Shown: positions 21,825 to 39,390, counted from the stretch's first letter. The stretch: DNA of 64,000 nucleotides from Gaiellaceae bacterium (GCA_035517075.1 DATIZN010000028.1:1758-65757), one strand, 5' to 3'. Translations and numbers: made by a program. The notes: generated by a model from the letters alone, not told the origin.

Positions 21825-22814
21825 TTGGCGACAAGAGAAATGAACTTCCAGATCCCGAAGATCGTCCACGAGGAGGTGGACGAGCATCGCGGGGTCTTCG
21901 CGATCGAGCCGCTCGACCGCGGCTTCGGTCACACGTTCGGCAACTCGCTGCGGCGCGTGCTGCTCTCCTCGCTCGAGGGGGCGGCCGTCACCACCGTGAA
22001 GGTGGAAGGCACCGCGCACGAGTTCACGACCCTGCCCGGCGTCCGTGAGGACGTGACGGACATCATCCTCAACCTCAAGAACGTGATCTGCCGGCTGCAC
22101 GGCGAGTCGCCCGAGGTCGAGGTGCACATCGCGAAGAAGGGGCCGGGGACGGTCACGGCCGCCGACATCGAGGCGCCGGCGGAGCTCGAGATCCTCAATC
22201 CGGAGCTCGAGATCGCGAACCTGTCGGACAAGGGCCGTCTCGAGATCACGCTCACGATCGGCCGCGGCCGCGGCTACGCTCCGGCGGAGCTGAACCGGGG
22301 GCCGCAGCACACGATCGGCGTGATCCCGATGGACTCGATCTTCTCCCCGGTGCGCCGTGTCGCATACCAGGTCGAGGCGGCGCGCGTCGGGCAGCGGACG
22401 GACTACGACAAGCTGTCGCTCGACATCACGACCGATGGCTCCGTCGACCCGAAGGACGCGCTCGCGGAGGCGGCCGAGATCCTCATCCGCCAGCTCGCCA
22501 TCTTCACCGACCTCGACCGGATCGAGGGCTTCGGCGAGGCTGCGCCCGTCGAGGGCGGCGGCATCGGCCCCGAGGCGGCGCTCGCGCACGGGATGGAGAA
22601 CTTCCCGATCGAGGAGCTCGAGCTCGGCGTCCGCTCGTACAACTGCCTGAAGCGGGTCGGGATCGAGACGATCGGCGACCTCGTGATGAAGACCGAGCAG
22701 GAGCTCGCCGCAATCCCGAACTTCGGCAAGAAGTCGATCGAGGAGGTGCGCGAGACGCTCGCGCAGCACAACCTCACGCTTCGCGGCGACAACGGCCTCG
22801 GCTCGATCGAATAG
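21825..22814 (+). CDS. rpoA: DNA-directed RNA polymerase alpha subunit
   Basis: ...FAIEPLDRGFGHTFGNSLRRVLLSSLEGAAVTTVKVEGTAHEFTTLPGVREDVTDIILNLK... TTG 21825 lies 7 nt after GAGGG; ATG 21840 is the alternative start. Confidence 0.95.
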   Translation: MATREMNFQIPKIVHEEVDEHRGVFAIEPLDRGFGHTFGNSLRRVLLSSLEGAAVTTVKVEGTAHEFTTLPGVREDVTDIILNLKNVICRLHGESPEVEVHIAKKGPGTVTAADIEAPAELEILNPELEIANLSDKGRLEITLTIGRGRGYAPAELNRGPQHTIGVIPMDSIFSPVRRVAYQVEAARVGQRTDYDKLSLDITTDGSVDPKDALAEAAEILIRQLAIFTDLDRIEGFGEAAPVEGGGIGPEAALAHGMENFPIEELELGVRSYNCLKRVGIETIGDLVMKTEQELAAIPNFGKKSIEEVRETLAQHNLTLRGDNGLGSIE

Positions 22815-22832
22815 AAAGGGAGCGGGAGCGCC

Positions 22833-23210
22833 ATGCGCCACGCGCGGACAGGCAAGAAGCTCGGACGCGACTCCTCGCACCGCAGGGCGCTCTACTCCAA
22901 CCTCACGTGCTCGCTCATCGAGCACGGGCGGATCAGGACGACCGAGGCGAAGGCGAAGGCCGTCAAGCCGTACGCCGAGCAGATGATCACGCTCGGGCGC
23001 CGCGGCGACCTCCACGCGCGCCGGCAGGCGCTCGCGGAGCTCCGCTCGCAGGAGGTCGTCCACAAGCTGTTCTCGGACGTCGGCCCGCGGATGGCCGACC
23101 GTCCCGGCGGCTACTCGCGGATCGTCAAGCTCGGCCACCGTCCCGGCGATGCCGCCGAGATGGTCTACCTCGAGCTCGTCGACTTCGACCCGCTCGCCAC
23201 GCGCTACTAG
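22833..23210 (+). CDS. rplQ: 50S ribosomal protein L17 (bL17)
   Basis: MRHARTGKKLGRDSSHRRALYSNLTCSLIEHGRIRTTEAKAKAVKPYAEQMITLGRR... Confidence 0.97.
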   Translation: MRHARTGKKLGRDSSHRRALYSNLTCSLIEHGRIRTTEAKAKAVKPYAEQMITLGRRGDLHARRQALAELRSQEVVHKLFSDVGPRMADRPGGYSRIVKLGHRPGDAAEMVYLELVDFDPLATRY

Positions 23211-23698
23211 CCGCCGGGCGTCCCGAGGACGCTGCCCAGCCCGGCGCTGATGCCGGCGATGATCATCCCCGCGAAGGTGACGATGCCGAGCGCGCGGACG
23301 AAGGTGTCCTGGAAGAACTTCCAGCGGAAGTAGGCGAGCGTCAGGAGCTCGAAGCCGACGACCGCGATGGCGAAGAAGAGCGCGACGCGGTATTGGGAGA
23401 TCAGGAAGGGCAGCGAGTGGAGGATGCCGCCGACGAACGTCCCGCCGCCGGTGATCAGGCCGCGCTTCCACGGGCTGCCACGGCCGGTGAGCTCGCCCGT
23501 GTCGGACAGCGCCTCCGAGAACCCCATCGAGATCGCGGCGCCGAGGGACGTCGCGAGGCCTGCGATGAACGCGTAGCGAGTGTCGTGCGAGGCGAGCACG
23601 ACTGCGAAGATCGGTGCCAGCGTGGAGAGCGAGCCGTCGATCAGGCCGACCATCGCCGGCTGGACACGCTGGAGGAGGAAGGTGTGCTCGCTGCCCAT
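23207..23698 (-). CDS. VIT1/CCC1-family (DUF125-like) integral membrane protein
   Basis: ...GLIDGSLSTLAPIFAVVLAS...GFSEALSD... plus C-terminal TM helices. The family call comes from motif recognition only. Its stop shares a CTAG with the rplQ stop. Confidence 0.7.
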   Translation of the reverse strand: MGSEHTFLLQRVQPAMVGLIDGSLSTLAPIFAVVLASHDTRYAFIAGLATSLGAAISMGFSEALSDTGELTGRGSPWKRGLITGGGTFVGGILHSLPFLISQYRVALFFAIAVVGFELLTLAYFRWKFFQDTFVRALGIVTFAGMIIAGISAGLGSVLGTPGG

Positions 23699-23706
23699 TG
23701 GTATGT

Positions 23707-23712
23707 AGTATA
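23707..23712 (-). promoter_or_regulatory. candidate -10 box (TATACT) placing the VIT-gene TSS at or next to its ATG (leaderless)
   Basis: On the minus strand TATACT ends 8 nt before ATG 23698. No SD is present, and this AT-rich patch stands out in an otherwise GC-rich window. Confidence 0.3.
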
Positions 23713-23776
23713 TCTGAAGTCGTGCAAACGACTAGAACATAAGGCAACCCTGACAAACTGCGTCAGGAGGGCCTGA

Positions 23777-29305
<5,529 letters not shown>

Positions 29306-29319
29306 GAGGCTGGTCGGAG

Positions 29320-30558
29320 CTACCCCCGCGAGCTGCGCGCGAGCACCTGCGCGAACCGGTCCTGCGACGCCTCGGCCGCCGTCACCGAGACCGGGTTCCC
29401 GTTCTCGACGATCGAGAAGACGTAGCGGTCGCCGACGAAGCCCGAGAGCGCCGACGCGTTGTCCGTCGTGCCGGTCTTGGCGCGCACGAAGCCATGCGCC
29501 GGTCCGCTCAGCATCCTGTGCTCGAGGGTGCCGGTGCTGCCGGCGACGGGCAGCGCGCTGAGGAGGTCGGGCCCGACGTCCGGGTCGAGCCTCATCGTCC
29601 GCAGCAGCGCGGCGAGTGCGGCCGGTGTCCAGCGGTCGTCGAGCGAGAGGCCCGAGCCGTCGACCATCCGCACCCCCGTGAGCGGGATTCTCGCCGCGCG
29701 CAGCAGGCCGCGCGTCACGCGCAGCCCGGCCGCGGTGGAGCCGCCGCTGCCCGCGACGGCGCCGACCTCCTTCACCAGCATCTCGGCGGTGAAGTTGTCG
29801 CTGTTGCGGTCCATGAAGCGGACGAGCGCCGCGACGCGGGGAGACTGGACCTCGGCGAGCGGCAAGGCGTCGGCGGCTGCGACTCCGAGCACGGCTCCTC
29901 CGCGTACGGCGACGCCGGCGTGGGCGAGGTCTGCGCGGAACAGCTGCGTCGCCCACAGCGCCGGCGCCGGCGTCTCGGCGCGTCCTGTCCAGCCGCGGTC
30001 GACGATCAGCGCGGAGAGCGCGGGCGACTCGTTGAGGAAGAACTCGTGCTTCCAGCCCACGCCCATGCGGCGCTTGTCGAACCAGCTCTCGTCGCCGACG
30101 ACGCGGCCGGTGACGCGCCGGATCCCGTCTGCAGCGACCTGCCGTGCGAGGGACCGCACCTGCGGCACGGAGAGGTCGGGGTCGCCGTAGCCCTTGAGCA
30201 CGAGGTCGCCCTCCCAGGTCGCCCCGCTCAGGGTTCCGTCTCCGAGCACGTCGGTCTCGATCCGGAAGTCCGGGCCGAGCGCGGTCAGCGCCGCGTAGGT
30301 CGTCGCGAGCTTCTCGTTCGAGGCCGGCAGGAGGGGCAGGTGCGCATTGTGGGCATAGAGCGTCCGCCCGCTCCGGAGGTCCAGGACGACGGCGCCCGTG
30401 CGCGCCGGGCTGACCTGGGCGTCGTGGAGCGCGCGGGCGAGCTGCGCGGGGAGCGAGACGGTGCGCTCGGCCTGCGCCGCCGGCGCCGCGACGAGGGCGA
30501 GTAGGACCGCGCTGACGAGACGAAGGCGGAAACGCAAGGCTTTCCATTTTTCAAGCAA
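29320..30558 (-). CDS. dacB: D-alanyl-D-alanine carboxypeptidase/endopeptidase, PBP4 (S13) family, secreted
   Basis: A signal peptide is present (...LLALVAAPAAQA), along with SxxK (ASNEKL), SDN (NSDNF) and KTG (AKTGTT) motifs. Confidence 0.88.
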   Translation of the reverse strand: MLEKWKALRFRLRLVSAVLLALVAAPAAQAERTVSLPAQLARALHDAQVSPARTGAVVLDLRSGRTLYAHNAHLPLLPASNEKLATTYAALTALGPDFRIETDVLGDGTLSGATWEGDLVLKGYGDPDLSVPQVRSLARQVAADGIRRVTGRVVGDESWFDKRRMGVGWKHEFFLNESPALSALIVDRGWTGRAETPAPALWATQLFRADLAHAGVAVRGGAVLGVAAADALPLAEVQSPRVAALVRFMDRNSDNFTAEMLVKEVGAVAGSGGSTAAGLRVTRGLLRAARIPLTGVRMVDGSGLSLDDRWTPAALAALLRTMRLDPDVGPDLLSALPVAGSTGTLEHRMLSGPAHGFVRAKTGTTDNASALSGFVGDRYVFSIVENGNPVSVTAAEASQDRFAQVLARSSRG

Positions 30559-30655
30559 TTAGCCAAACGTCAACCCCGATGGGACGCCCGGCGGCGGAAG
30601 ATGGGCCGCGAGACCCATTCCGTCGGTCGCGGGCCCGCCCGATAATCCTGAGCCG

Positions 30656-30970
30656 ATGCCGCTGCACGAGGAGATCGCGGAGCTGCTCAGCCTGCCCGAG
30701 GACGGCCGGGGGGCGCCGACGCTCGCCACGCTCGAGTCGACGCTGACCGACGGCTATGCGCAGGCGCTGGCGCTCGAGGCCGAGCGCTGGCGCATCGAGC
30801 AGCGCCTCGGCGAGGTGGCGCGCGCCGCGCGCGCGCCGGGCAGCGCGCACGAGCTCGAGAGCCTGTCGCAACGGCTGACTCATGCGGACGGCGAGCTCGC
30901 CCGCCTGCGCGCGCTGCTCGGGTCGCTGCAGGAACGCGCACGCGCTCGCCGCGACGCACGCCGCCGCTAG
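30656..30970 (+). CDS. hypothetical coiled-coil protein (104 aa)
   Basis: GC3-rich ORF with a heptad-like translation (MPLHEEIAELLSLPEDGRGAPTLATLESTLTDGYAQALALEAERWRIEQRL...). I recognise no family. Confidence 0.5.
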   Translation: MPLHEEIAELLSLPEDGRGAPTLATLESTLTDGYAQALALEAERWRIEQRLGEVARAARAPGSAHELESLSQRLTHADGELARLRALLGSLQERARARRDARRR

Positions 30971-31635
30971 ACGATCCCCGATCGGACCGCGTAGACGGCG
31001 GCCTGGATGCGATTGTCGATCTGGAGCTTCATCAGGATGTTCGAGATGTGGTTCTTCACCGTCTTCGGGCTGATGTGCAGTTCGGCGGCGATGACCGCGT
31101 TGTCCTTGCCGTTCGCGATCAGCTTCAGAACCTCGATCTCGCGCTCCGACAGCTCGGCGCGGATCATCCGCTCGATCTCGGGCTGCGCGCTCGTGGCGCG
31201 GATCTGCTGCAGCACCTTCGCCGCGATGTGCGGGGAGATGAGCGACTCGCCGCGCGCCGCCGAGCGAATTCCGGCGACGAGATCCTGGATCGACGCATCC
31301 TTGAGGAGGTAGCCGCAGGCGCCGGCGAGGATCGCGTCGATCACGTCGTTGTCCTCGTCGGAGATCGTCAGCATGACGACGCGGGTGAGCGGCGACACCT
31401 CGGCGATGTGCCGGGTCGCCTCGACGCCGCCCATGCCCGGCATGTTGAGGTCCATCACGACGACATCCGGCGTCAGGTCGCGCACGTGCGCGACGGCCTC
31501 GGCGCCGCTCGCCGCCTCGCCGATCACCTCGAGCCCCTGCTCCTCGAGCAGGTTGCGGAGACCCGTCCGGAACAGATCGTGGTCGTCGACGAGCAGCACG
31601 CGGAGCGCGTCGGGCGTCTGGGCGAGCTCTGTCAC
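30967..31635 (-). CDS. NarL/LuxR-family response regulator (no adjacent kinase)
   Basis: ...LRVLLVDDHDLFRTGLRNLL...DVVVMDLNMPGMGG...LSEREIEVLKLIANGKDNAVIAAELHISPKTVKNHISNILMKL. Confidence 0.93.
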   Translation of the reverse strand: MTELAQTPDALRVLLVDDHDLFRTGLRNLLEEQGLEVIGEAASGAEAVAHVRDLTPDVVVMDLNMPGMGGVEATRHIAEVSPLTRVVMLTISDEDNDVIDAILAGACGYLLKDASIQDLVAGIRSAARGESLISPHIAAKVLQQIRATSAQPEIERMIRAELSEREIEVLKLIANGKDNAVIAAELHISPKTVKNHISNILMKLQIDNRIQAAVYAVRSGIV

Positions 31636-31677
31636 GGCCGGATCAACCCCCCTTCAGGGGCGTCAGTCTAGAGGCTC

Positions 31678-32721
31678 TCAGAAGATCGTGATCGTGACCG
31701 TGCGGCGGCCCCACTGCATGCACTTCGCGTAGGGCATCCAGAGATCGATGATCGATCCCTTGATCCCGCCGCCGACATCGGCGGCGACGCCGTTGCCGTA
31801 GCCGGGCACGTAGAGCTTCGACCCGAGCGGGATGACACGGGGATCGACGGCCACGACGCCCCAGCCCACCGGCATTCCCGTCGCCGTCCGGCCGGGGAGG
31901 TCGTAGCAGGTGGCGCTCACGACGAGCTTCCGGCCGCCGGTCGGCGGGCTCGGGTCGCCGCCGCCGACTGCGCCGCCCTGGGTCTGCGGCGGCTGCTGCG
32001 GCTGCAGCGTCTGTGACTTCTGCTGGATGCGCTGCGCCTGCGAGACGAGCGCGTCGACCTGCGAGCGTCGCAGGCGCCCCTCGCCGCGCAAGCGGCCGAT
32101 GTACGCGAGCCGGCTGCCGCGTGTCTGCTCGAGCGACTGCTCGGCGGCCTGCGCCGACTGGAGCGCGCGCGAGAGACGCAGCTGCTCGCGTCCGAGCCTC
32201 GTCCGAGCATGGCGGAGCCGTAGCCGTGCGTCGATCGCGGTGGCGAGCAGCGATCGATTCTGCTCCGCGATGTGCGTGAGCGCGTCCAGGCGGCTGACGG
32301 CGTCCGAGAGAGACGTCGCGCCGAGCATCACCGCCAGCGGGTCGACGGTCCCCTGCTCGTACAGACCGCGCAGGTGGACGGCGAGATCCTGCTGCGAGGC
32401 CGTCAGGGTCGCGCGGTCGGCGCCCAGCTCCATTCGCAGCGTCGCTCGTTGCAGTCGCAGGCGCGCCGCGCTGGCGGCGAGCCCGCTCACGCGGACGCGC
32501 GCCGCCTGAAGATGGGCGTCGAGCGAGTACAGGTCGAGCAGGGCGAGGTGTGCCCGGTTGTCGAGGCGCTGGGCGGCGACGACGAGCCGGTGCTGCCGCT
32601 GGCGGGAAGGCGTGGCGGCCTGCGCGATCGCCGCCGCGGCGAGGCAGACCAGCGCGGCGACGGCTGCGAGCTGCGCCGTCCGATGAGTCCTCGGCCGGGG
32701 CACGACGCGGGACCGTACCAC
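31678..32721 (-). CDS. secreted coiled-coil protein with a C-terminal 3D (MltA/YabE-type) muralytic domain
   Basis: The C-terminus (VSATCYDLPGRTATGMPVGWGVVAVDPRVIPLGSKLYVPGYGNGVAADVGGGIKGSIIDLWMP) matches the 3D-domain pattern. GTG 32721 gives signal peptide MVRSRVVPRPRTHRTAQLAAVAALVCLAAAAIAQA (GTG 32703 is an alternative). The track ORF, which runs to 33168, overlaps the divergent gene. Confidence 0.8.
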   Translation of the reverse strand: MVRSRVVPRPRTHRTAQLAAVAALVCLAAAAIAQAATPSRQRQHRLVVAAQRLDNRAHLALLDLYSLDAHLQAARVRVSGLAASAARLRLQRATLRMELGADRATLTASQQDLAVHLRGLYEQGTVDPLAVMLGATSLSDAVSRLDALTHIAEQNRSLLATAIDARLRLRHARTRLGREQLRLSRALQSAQAAEQSLEQTRGSRLAYIGRLRGEGRLRRSQVDALVSQAQRIQQKSQTLQPQQPPQTQGGAVGGGDPSPPTGGRKLVVSATCYDLPGRTATGMPVGWGVVAVDPRVIPLGSKLYVPGYGNGVAADVGGGIKGSIIDLWMPYAKCMQWGRRTVTITIF

Positions 32722-32866
32722 GGTGCCGAAGAGTTTGTGCCGGCCCTTCCAAACCTGTCGCCACGAGCGATTGGGGCAAAGTGCAGGATTTTTGCCACCG
32801 GTTCCCGGTTGCGGGCATCCGTCGCGGCTGTTACCGTCCAGGACTTGTGACGGGCGGGAGGACGTC

Positions 32867-33955
32867 ATGCGCGCGCTGAGGCGGCCTGTACTGCTGTCGG
32901 CGTTCGCCACCGGAGCCTTGCTTTTGGCGGCGTCGGCGGCGCGAGCCGGCGATTCGCTGGGCGCGAAGCGCTCCGAGGCGCAGCACGTTCTCGTCGAGCT
33001 GCAGCAGCTCGACGCCAACGCGCAACGCGCGAGCAGCCAGTACCACGAGGCGACGGAGCAGCTCCACCGCCTCGACGGCCAGCTCGCGCTCAACCGCGAG
33101 TCGCTGCACGTCGCGCGCGGGAACCTCGAGCTCGCCGAGCGGACGCTCGCGCAGCGGCTCGTCGCCATCTACAAGTCCCAGGACGCCCAGGCGACGCTCG
33201 CCGTCGTCCTCGGGGCGCGCAGCCTCGACGATCTCGTGTCGCGCATCGAGACGGTCGACTCGGTCTCGAAGCAGAACACGGCGATCATCCGCCAGGTCGT
33301 CACGTTCCAGCACGAGATCGTCCGGCGCCGCACCTTCCTCCGGCATGCTCGAGTCGAGCAGAGGCATCTCGTGTCGGTGCGCGCCGACTCGCTGCGGCGG
33401 GCGGACGGACAGCTCGCGGCCGAGCGGCACCTCTACGCGTCGGTCAAGTCCGAGATCCAGCAGCTCGAGGCAGAGCAGCAGGCGCAGGAGCTCGAGGCCG
33501 AGCGGCGGGCCCAGGCCTCGGTGAACGCGCAGACCGCGTTCCAGCGCCTCGGCACGTTCGGCGGCGTCGTCGGCGACAGCTCACTGCCGGGGGACCGCTA
33601 CGCGAGCGTCGTCTCGATCGCGATGCAGTACCTCGGGGTCCCCTACGTCTGGGGCGGCGCCAGCCCGGCCGGCTTCGACTGCTCCGGCTTCGTCATGTAC
33701 GTCTACGCCCAGGTCGGCGTGTCGCTCCCGCACTACACGGTTGCGCAGTGGGACTATCCGAACAGCGTCGCCGTCCCGGAGAGCGAGCTCGAGCCGGGCG
33801 ACCTCGTCTTCTTCGACGGACTCGGGCACGTCGGCATCTACGTCGGCAACGGCGAGTTCATCCACGCGCCGCACACCGGCACGGTCGTCAGCATCAGCAG
33901 CCTCAGCGGCTGGTATGCGTCGACCTTCGCCGGGGCCCGCCGCATCACGGGCTGA
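32867..33955 (+). CDS. secreted coiled-coil NlpC/P60 peptidoglycan endopeptidase (RipC/CwlO-like architecture)
   Basis: ATG 32867 follows GGGAGGA. A signal peptide is present (MRALRRPVLLSAFATGALLLAASAARA). The C-terminus is ...YLGVPYVWGGASPAGFDCSGFVMYVYAQVGVSLPH...GHVGIYVGNGEFIHAPHTG. Confidence 0.9.
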   Translation: MRALRRPVLLSAFATGALLLAASAARAGDSLGAKRSEAQHVLVELQQLDANAQRASSQYHEATEQLHRLDGQLALNRESLHVARGNLELAERTLAQRLVAIYKSQDAQATLAVVLGARSLDDLVSRIETVDSVSKQNTAIIRQVVTFQHEIVRRRTFLRHARVEQRHLVSVRADSLRRADGQLAAERHLYASVKSEIQQLEAEQQAQELEAERRAQASVNAQTAFQRLGTFGGVVGDSSLPGDRYASVVSIAMQYLGVPYVWGGASPAGFDCSGFVMYVYAQVGVSLPHYTVAQWDYPNSVAVPESELEPGDLVFFDGLGHVGIYVGNGEFIHAPHTGTVVSISSLSGWYASTFAGARRITG

Positions 33956-33960
33956 CGCCT

Positions 33961-35646
33961 TCAGCGGTAGAGGCCGTCGATCTCGGGCGCGAAGTGCTCC
34001 GCGATCACGCGGCGGCGGAGCTTCAGCGTCGGCGTCACCTCGCCCTCCTCGAGCGAGAAGTCGCGCGGAAGGACGACGAAACGCTTGATCTGCTCGGCTC
34101 GCGTCCGGTCGCGGTTGACGTCGCCGACGAGCTCCTCGGCGATCGCCGCGGGCTCGCGGCCGCTCGCTGCGACCTCGGCCTCGTCGAGCGTCAGGAGCGC
34201 CGCGACGTACGGCCGGCGGTCGCCCACGACGATCGCCTGCGAGACGAAGCGAGACGCCTTCAGCGCGTTCTCGAGATTCTGCGGCGCGATGTTCTTGCCG
34301 CCGGCGGTGATGATCAGATCCTTCTTGCGGTCGGTGATCCGGAGGAAGCCCTCCGCGTCGATCTCGCCGACGTCGCCCGTGCGGAACCAGCCGTCCTCGG
34401 CGAAGGCGGCAGCCGTCGCCTCGGGATCCTTGTAGTAGCCCGCGAAGACGGTGTCGCTGCGGACGAGGATCTCGCCGTCGTCGGCGATGCGGAGCTCGGT
34501 GCCGGAGACGGGCGGGCCCACGGTGCCGATGCGGAAGTCGTCGGGCTTGTTCACCGTGGTCGAGCTCGACGTCTCGCTGAGACCGTAGCCCTCGATCACG
34601 GGGACGCCGAGCGCGTGGAAGAACTCCATCACCTCCTCCGAGAGCGGGGCCGCGCCCGAGACGCCGAGGCGGAGGCGTCCGCCCAGCCGCGCTCGTACCT
34701 TCGCGAACACGAGCCGGTCGGCGAGGCGCTCCTCGAGCGCGAGCCAGGGCGGGACGCGCACGCCCGCTCGGCGGAGCCGTCCGGTTCGCGCGCCGACCGC
34801 GAGCGCCCACAATCCGATGCGGCGGCGCAGGCCGCCGGCGCGCTCGATCTCGCCGAGCGCGTTCGCGTGCACCTTCTCGTACACGCGCGGCACGGCCGGC
34901 AGCATCGTCGGCCGCACCTGCTCCAGCGCCTCCGGCACCCGCGCGACGTCCGCGACGAACGCGAGCGTCGTGTGGTGGTACGCCGCGGCCTGGTGCGCGA
35001 GGCGGCCGAAGCTGTGGGCGAGCGGCAGGAACAGGAGGACGACGTCGTCCGGCTCCCGCATGTGGTTCTCGACCCGGAGCGCGGCGGTCACGAGGTTGCG
35101 GTGCGTGAGCATGCAGCCCTTCGGCGGCCCGGTCGTCCCGGACGTGTAGATCAGCGTCCCGAGATCGTCCTCGTCGACCGGCTCCGGCTGCAGGTCGCCG
35201 GCGGCGCGGCCCTCCGCCTCGAGCTCGGGAAGCGCCTCGAACGAGACGATCTCCCGGAGCGCCGGGAGCGAGTCGCGGAGCGACTCGAGCTTCGATGCCT
35301 GCTCCTCGTCCTCCGCGAAGGCGAGCACCGCCTCCGAGTGGCCGAGGATGTACGCGCACTCGTGCGCGGAGCTCGTCGGGTAGAGGCCGACGACGATCGC
35401 GCCGACCGACATGATCGCCCAGTCGAGCAGCACCCACTCGAGCCGCGTGCGGGCAAGGACGGCGACCGCGTCCCCCTTCCGAACGCCGTGCGCCACGAGC
35501 GCGTGCACGAGGGCGTCCACCCGCTCCGCCGCCTCGTCCCACGGCACGGGCCGCCATCCGTCCGCCTGCTCCTCGAGGTACGCGGGGGTCGACGGCGCCT
35601 CCGCGACCGTCATCCGCCAGAGCTCGGCCGCAGTACGCCGCTCCAT
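33961..35646 (-). CDS. fadD: long-chain fatty-acid--CoA ligase (AMP-dependent synthetase)
   Basis: MERRTAAELWRMTV...LIYTSGTTGPPKGCMLTHRNL...GYGLSETS...TGDVGEIDAEGFLRITDRKKDLI. ATG 35646 is chosen because the longer track ORF runs into ku. Confidence 0.88.
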   Translation of the reverse strand: MERRTAAELWRMTVAEAPSTPAYLEEQADGWRPVPWDEAAERVDALVHALVAHGVRKGDAVAVLARTRLEWVLLDWAIMSVGAIVVGLYPTSSAHECAYILGHSEAVLAFAEDEEQASKLESLRDSLPALREIVSFEALPELEAEGRAAGDLQPEPVDEDDLGTLIYTSGTTGPPKGCMLTHRNLVTAALRVENHMREPDDVVLLFLPLAHSFGRLAHQAAAYHHTTLAFVADVARVPEALEQVRPTMLPAVPRVYEKVHANALGEIERAGGLRRRIGLWALAVGARTGRLRRAGVRVPPWLALEERLADRLVFAKVRARLGGRLRLGVSGAAPLSEEVMEFFHALGVPVIEGYGLSETSSSTTVNKPDDFRIGTVGPPVSGTELRIADDGEILVRSDTVFAGYYKDPEATAAAFAEDGWFRTGDVGEIDAEGFLRITDRKKDLIITAGGKNIAPQNLENALKASRFVSQAIVVGDRRPYVAALLTLDEAEVAASGREPAAIAEELVGDVNRDRTRAEQIKRFVVLPRDFSLEEGEVTPTLKLRRRVIAEHFAPEIDGLYR

Positions 35647-35722
35647 GCGTGAATCGTACGCAGGCAGGGAAGGCGATGAAAATCGAGAATTCGGCCGGTC
35701 CACAACTAGACTGAGCGAGCGT

Positions 35723-36586
35723 ATGCGCACAATCTGGAACGGATCGATCAGCTTCGGACTCGTCAACATCCCGGTCGGGCTCGCCCTCGCGACCCAGCGG
35801 AACGACGTGTCCTTCCGCACGCTCCACCGCGAGTGCGGGACGCCGATCAAGCAGAAGCGCTGGTGCCCCGTGCACGAGCGCGACGTCGAGGCGGACGAGC
35901 TCGTCAAAGGCTGGGAGTTCGCAAAGGGCCAGTACGTGCTCGTCGAGGAGTCCGACCTCGAGGCCGTCGCGCTGCAGCGCTCGCAGGCGATCGAGATCCT
36001 CCGCTTCGTCAGGCTCGAGGACGTCGATCCCGTCTACTTCGACCGCACGTACTACCTCGCGCCGGCCGACGCCGAGGCGCAGCGGCGTCCGTACGTCCTC
36101 CTGCTCCGCGCGATGGAGGAGTCGGGGATGGCCGCGGTCGGCAAGTTCGTGCTCTGGGGCAAGGAGAACCTCTGCCTGATCCGCGCGCAGCAGGGCGCGC
36201 TCGCGCTCGAGACGCTCTTCTTCGCCGACGATGTCCGCTCGAAGGCGGAGATCGAGGAGGCCGTGGAGGCAACCGAGGTGAAGAAGTCCGAGCTCGAGCT
36301 CGCCGGTGAGGTGATCGCGAGCCTCGCCGGAGACTGGACGCCCGGCGACTTCGAGAACGAGTACCGCCGCGACCTCGCGAAGATGCTCGAGGCGAAGCTC
36401 GCCGGCGAGGAGATCGTCGCGCCCGAGCCGGCCGCCGAGACGCCGGTGATCGACCTGATGGAGGCGCTGCGGCAGAGCGTCGCCGACGTGCAGGACCGGC
36501 GGGCCGCGAAGGGCTCCTCGAACGGGAAAGGCGCCGCGAAGGGCGCCTCCCGATCTCGCAAGGCGCCCGCGCGCAAGAGCGCGTAG
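35723..36586 (+). CDS. ku: non-homologous end joining protein Ku
   Basis: MRTIWNGSISFGLVNIPVGLALATQRNDVSFRTLHRECGTPIKQKRWCPVHERDV...YFDRTYYLAP..., with a Lys/Ala-rich tail. Confidence 0.93.
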   Translation: MRTIWNGSISFGLVNIPVGLALATQRNDVSFRTLHRECGTPIKQKRWCPVHERDVEADELVKGWEFAKGQYVLVEESDLEAVALQRSQAIEILRFVRLEDVDPVYFDRTYYLAPADAEAQRRPYVLLLRAMEESGMAAVGKFVLWGKENLCLIRAQQGALALETLFFADDVRSKAEIEEAVEATEVKKSELELAGEVIASLAGDWTPGDFENEYRRDLAKMLEAKLAGEEIVAPEPAAETPVIDLMEALRQSVADVQDRRAAKGSSNGKGAAKGASRSRKAPARKSA

Positions 36587-36596
36587 CGCCCTGCCG

Positions 36597-39265
<2,669 letters not shown>

Positions 39266-39390
39266 CTAGCTCGAGCGAGCGCTGCGCGCTCGTGCCGTCT
39301 TCGCTGTCGGATGCTTGGACGGGATGCCGGCCGCGTGCGCTCGCGTGCCCGAATACGCCCTGCCGGACGCTCCCGGCTAGCCTCGCTGGA

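Noticed and set aside
32722-33168. The N-terminal 149 codons of the 496-aa minus-strand ORF 31678-33168.
   Set aside because: It would overlap the divergent NlpC/P60 gene and its SD. An internal GTG at 32721 yields a proper signal peptide, so the longer form is unlikely.
35723-36586. Ku without an adjacent LigD, considered as an incomplete NHEJ locus.
   Set aside because: ku and ligD are frequently unlinked in bacterial genomes, and nothing in the window indicates loss.
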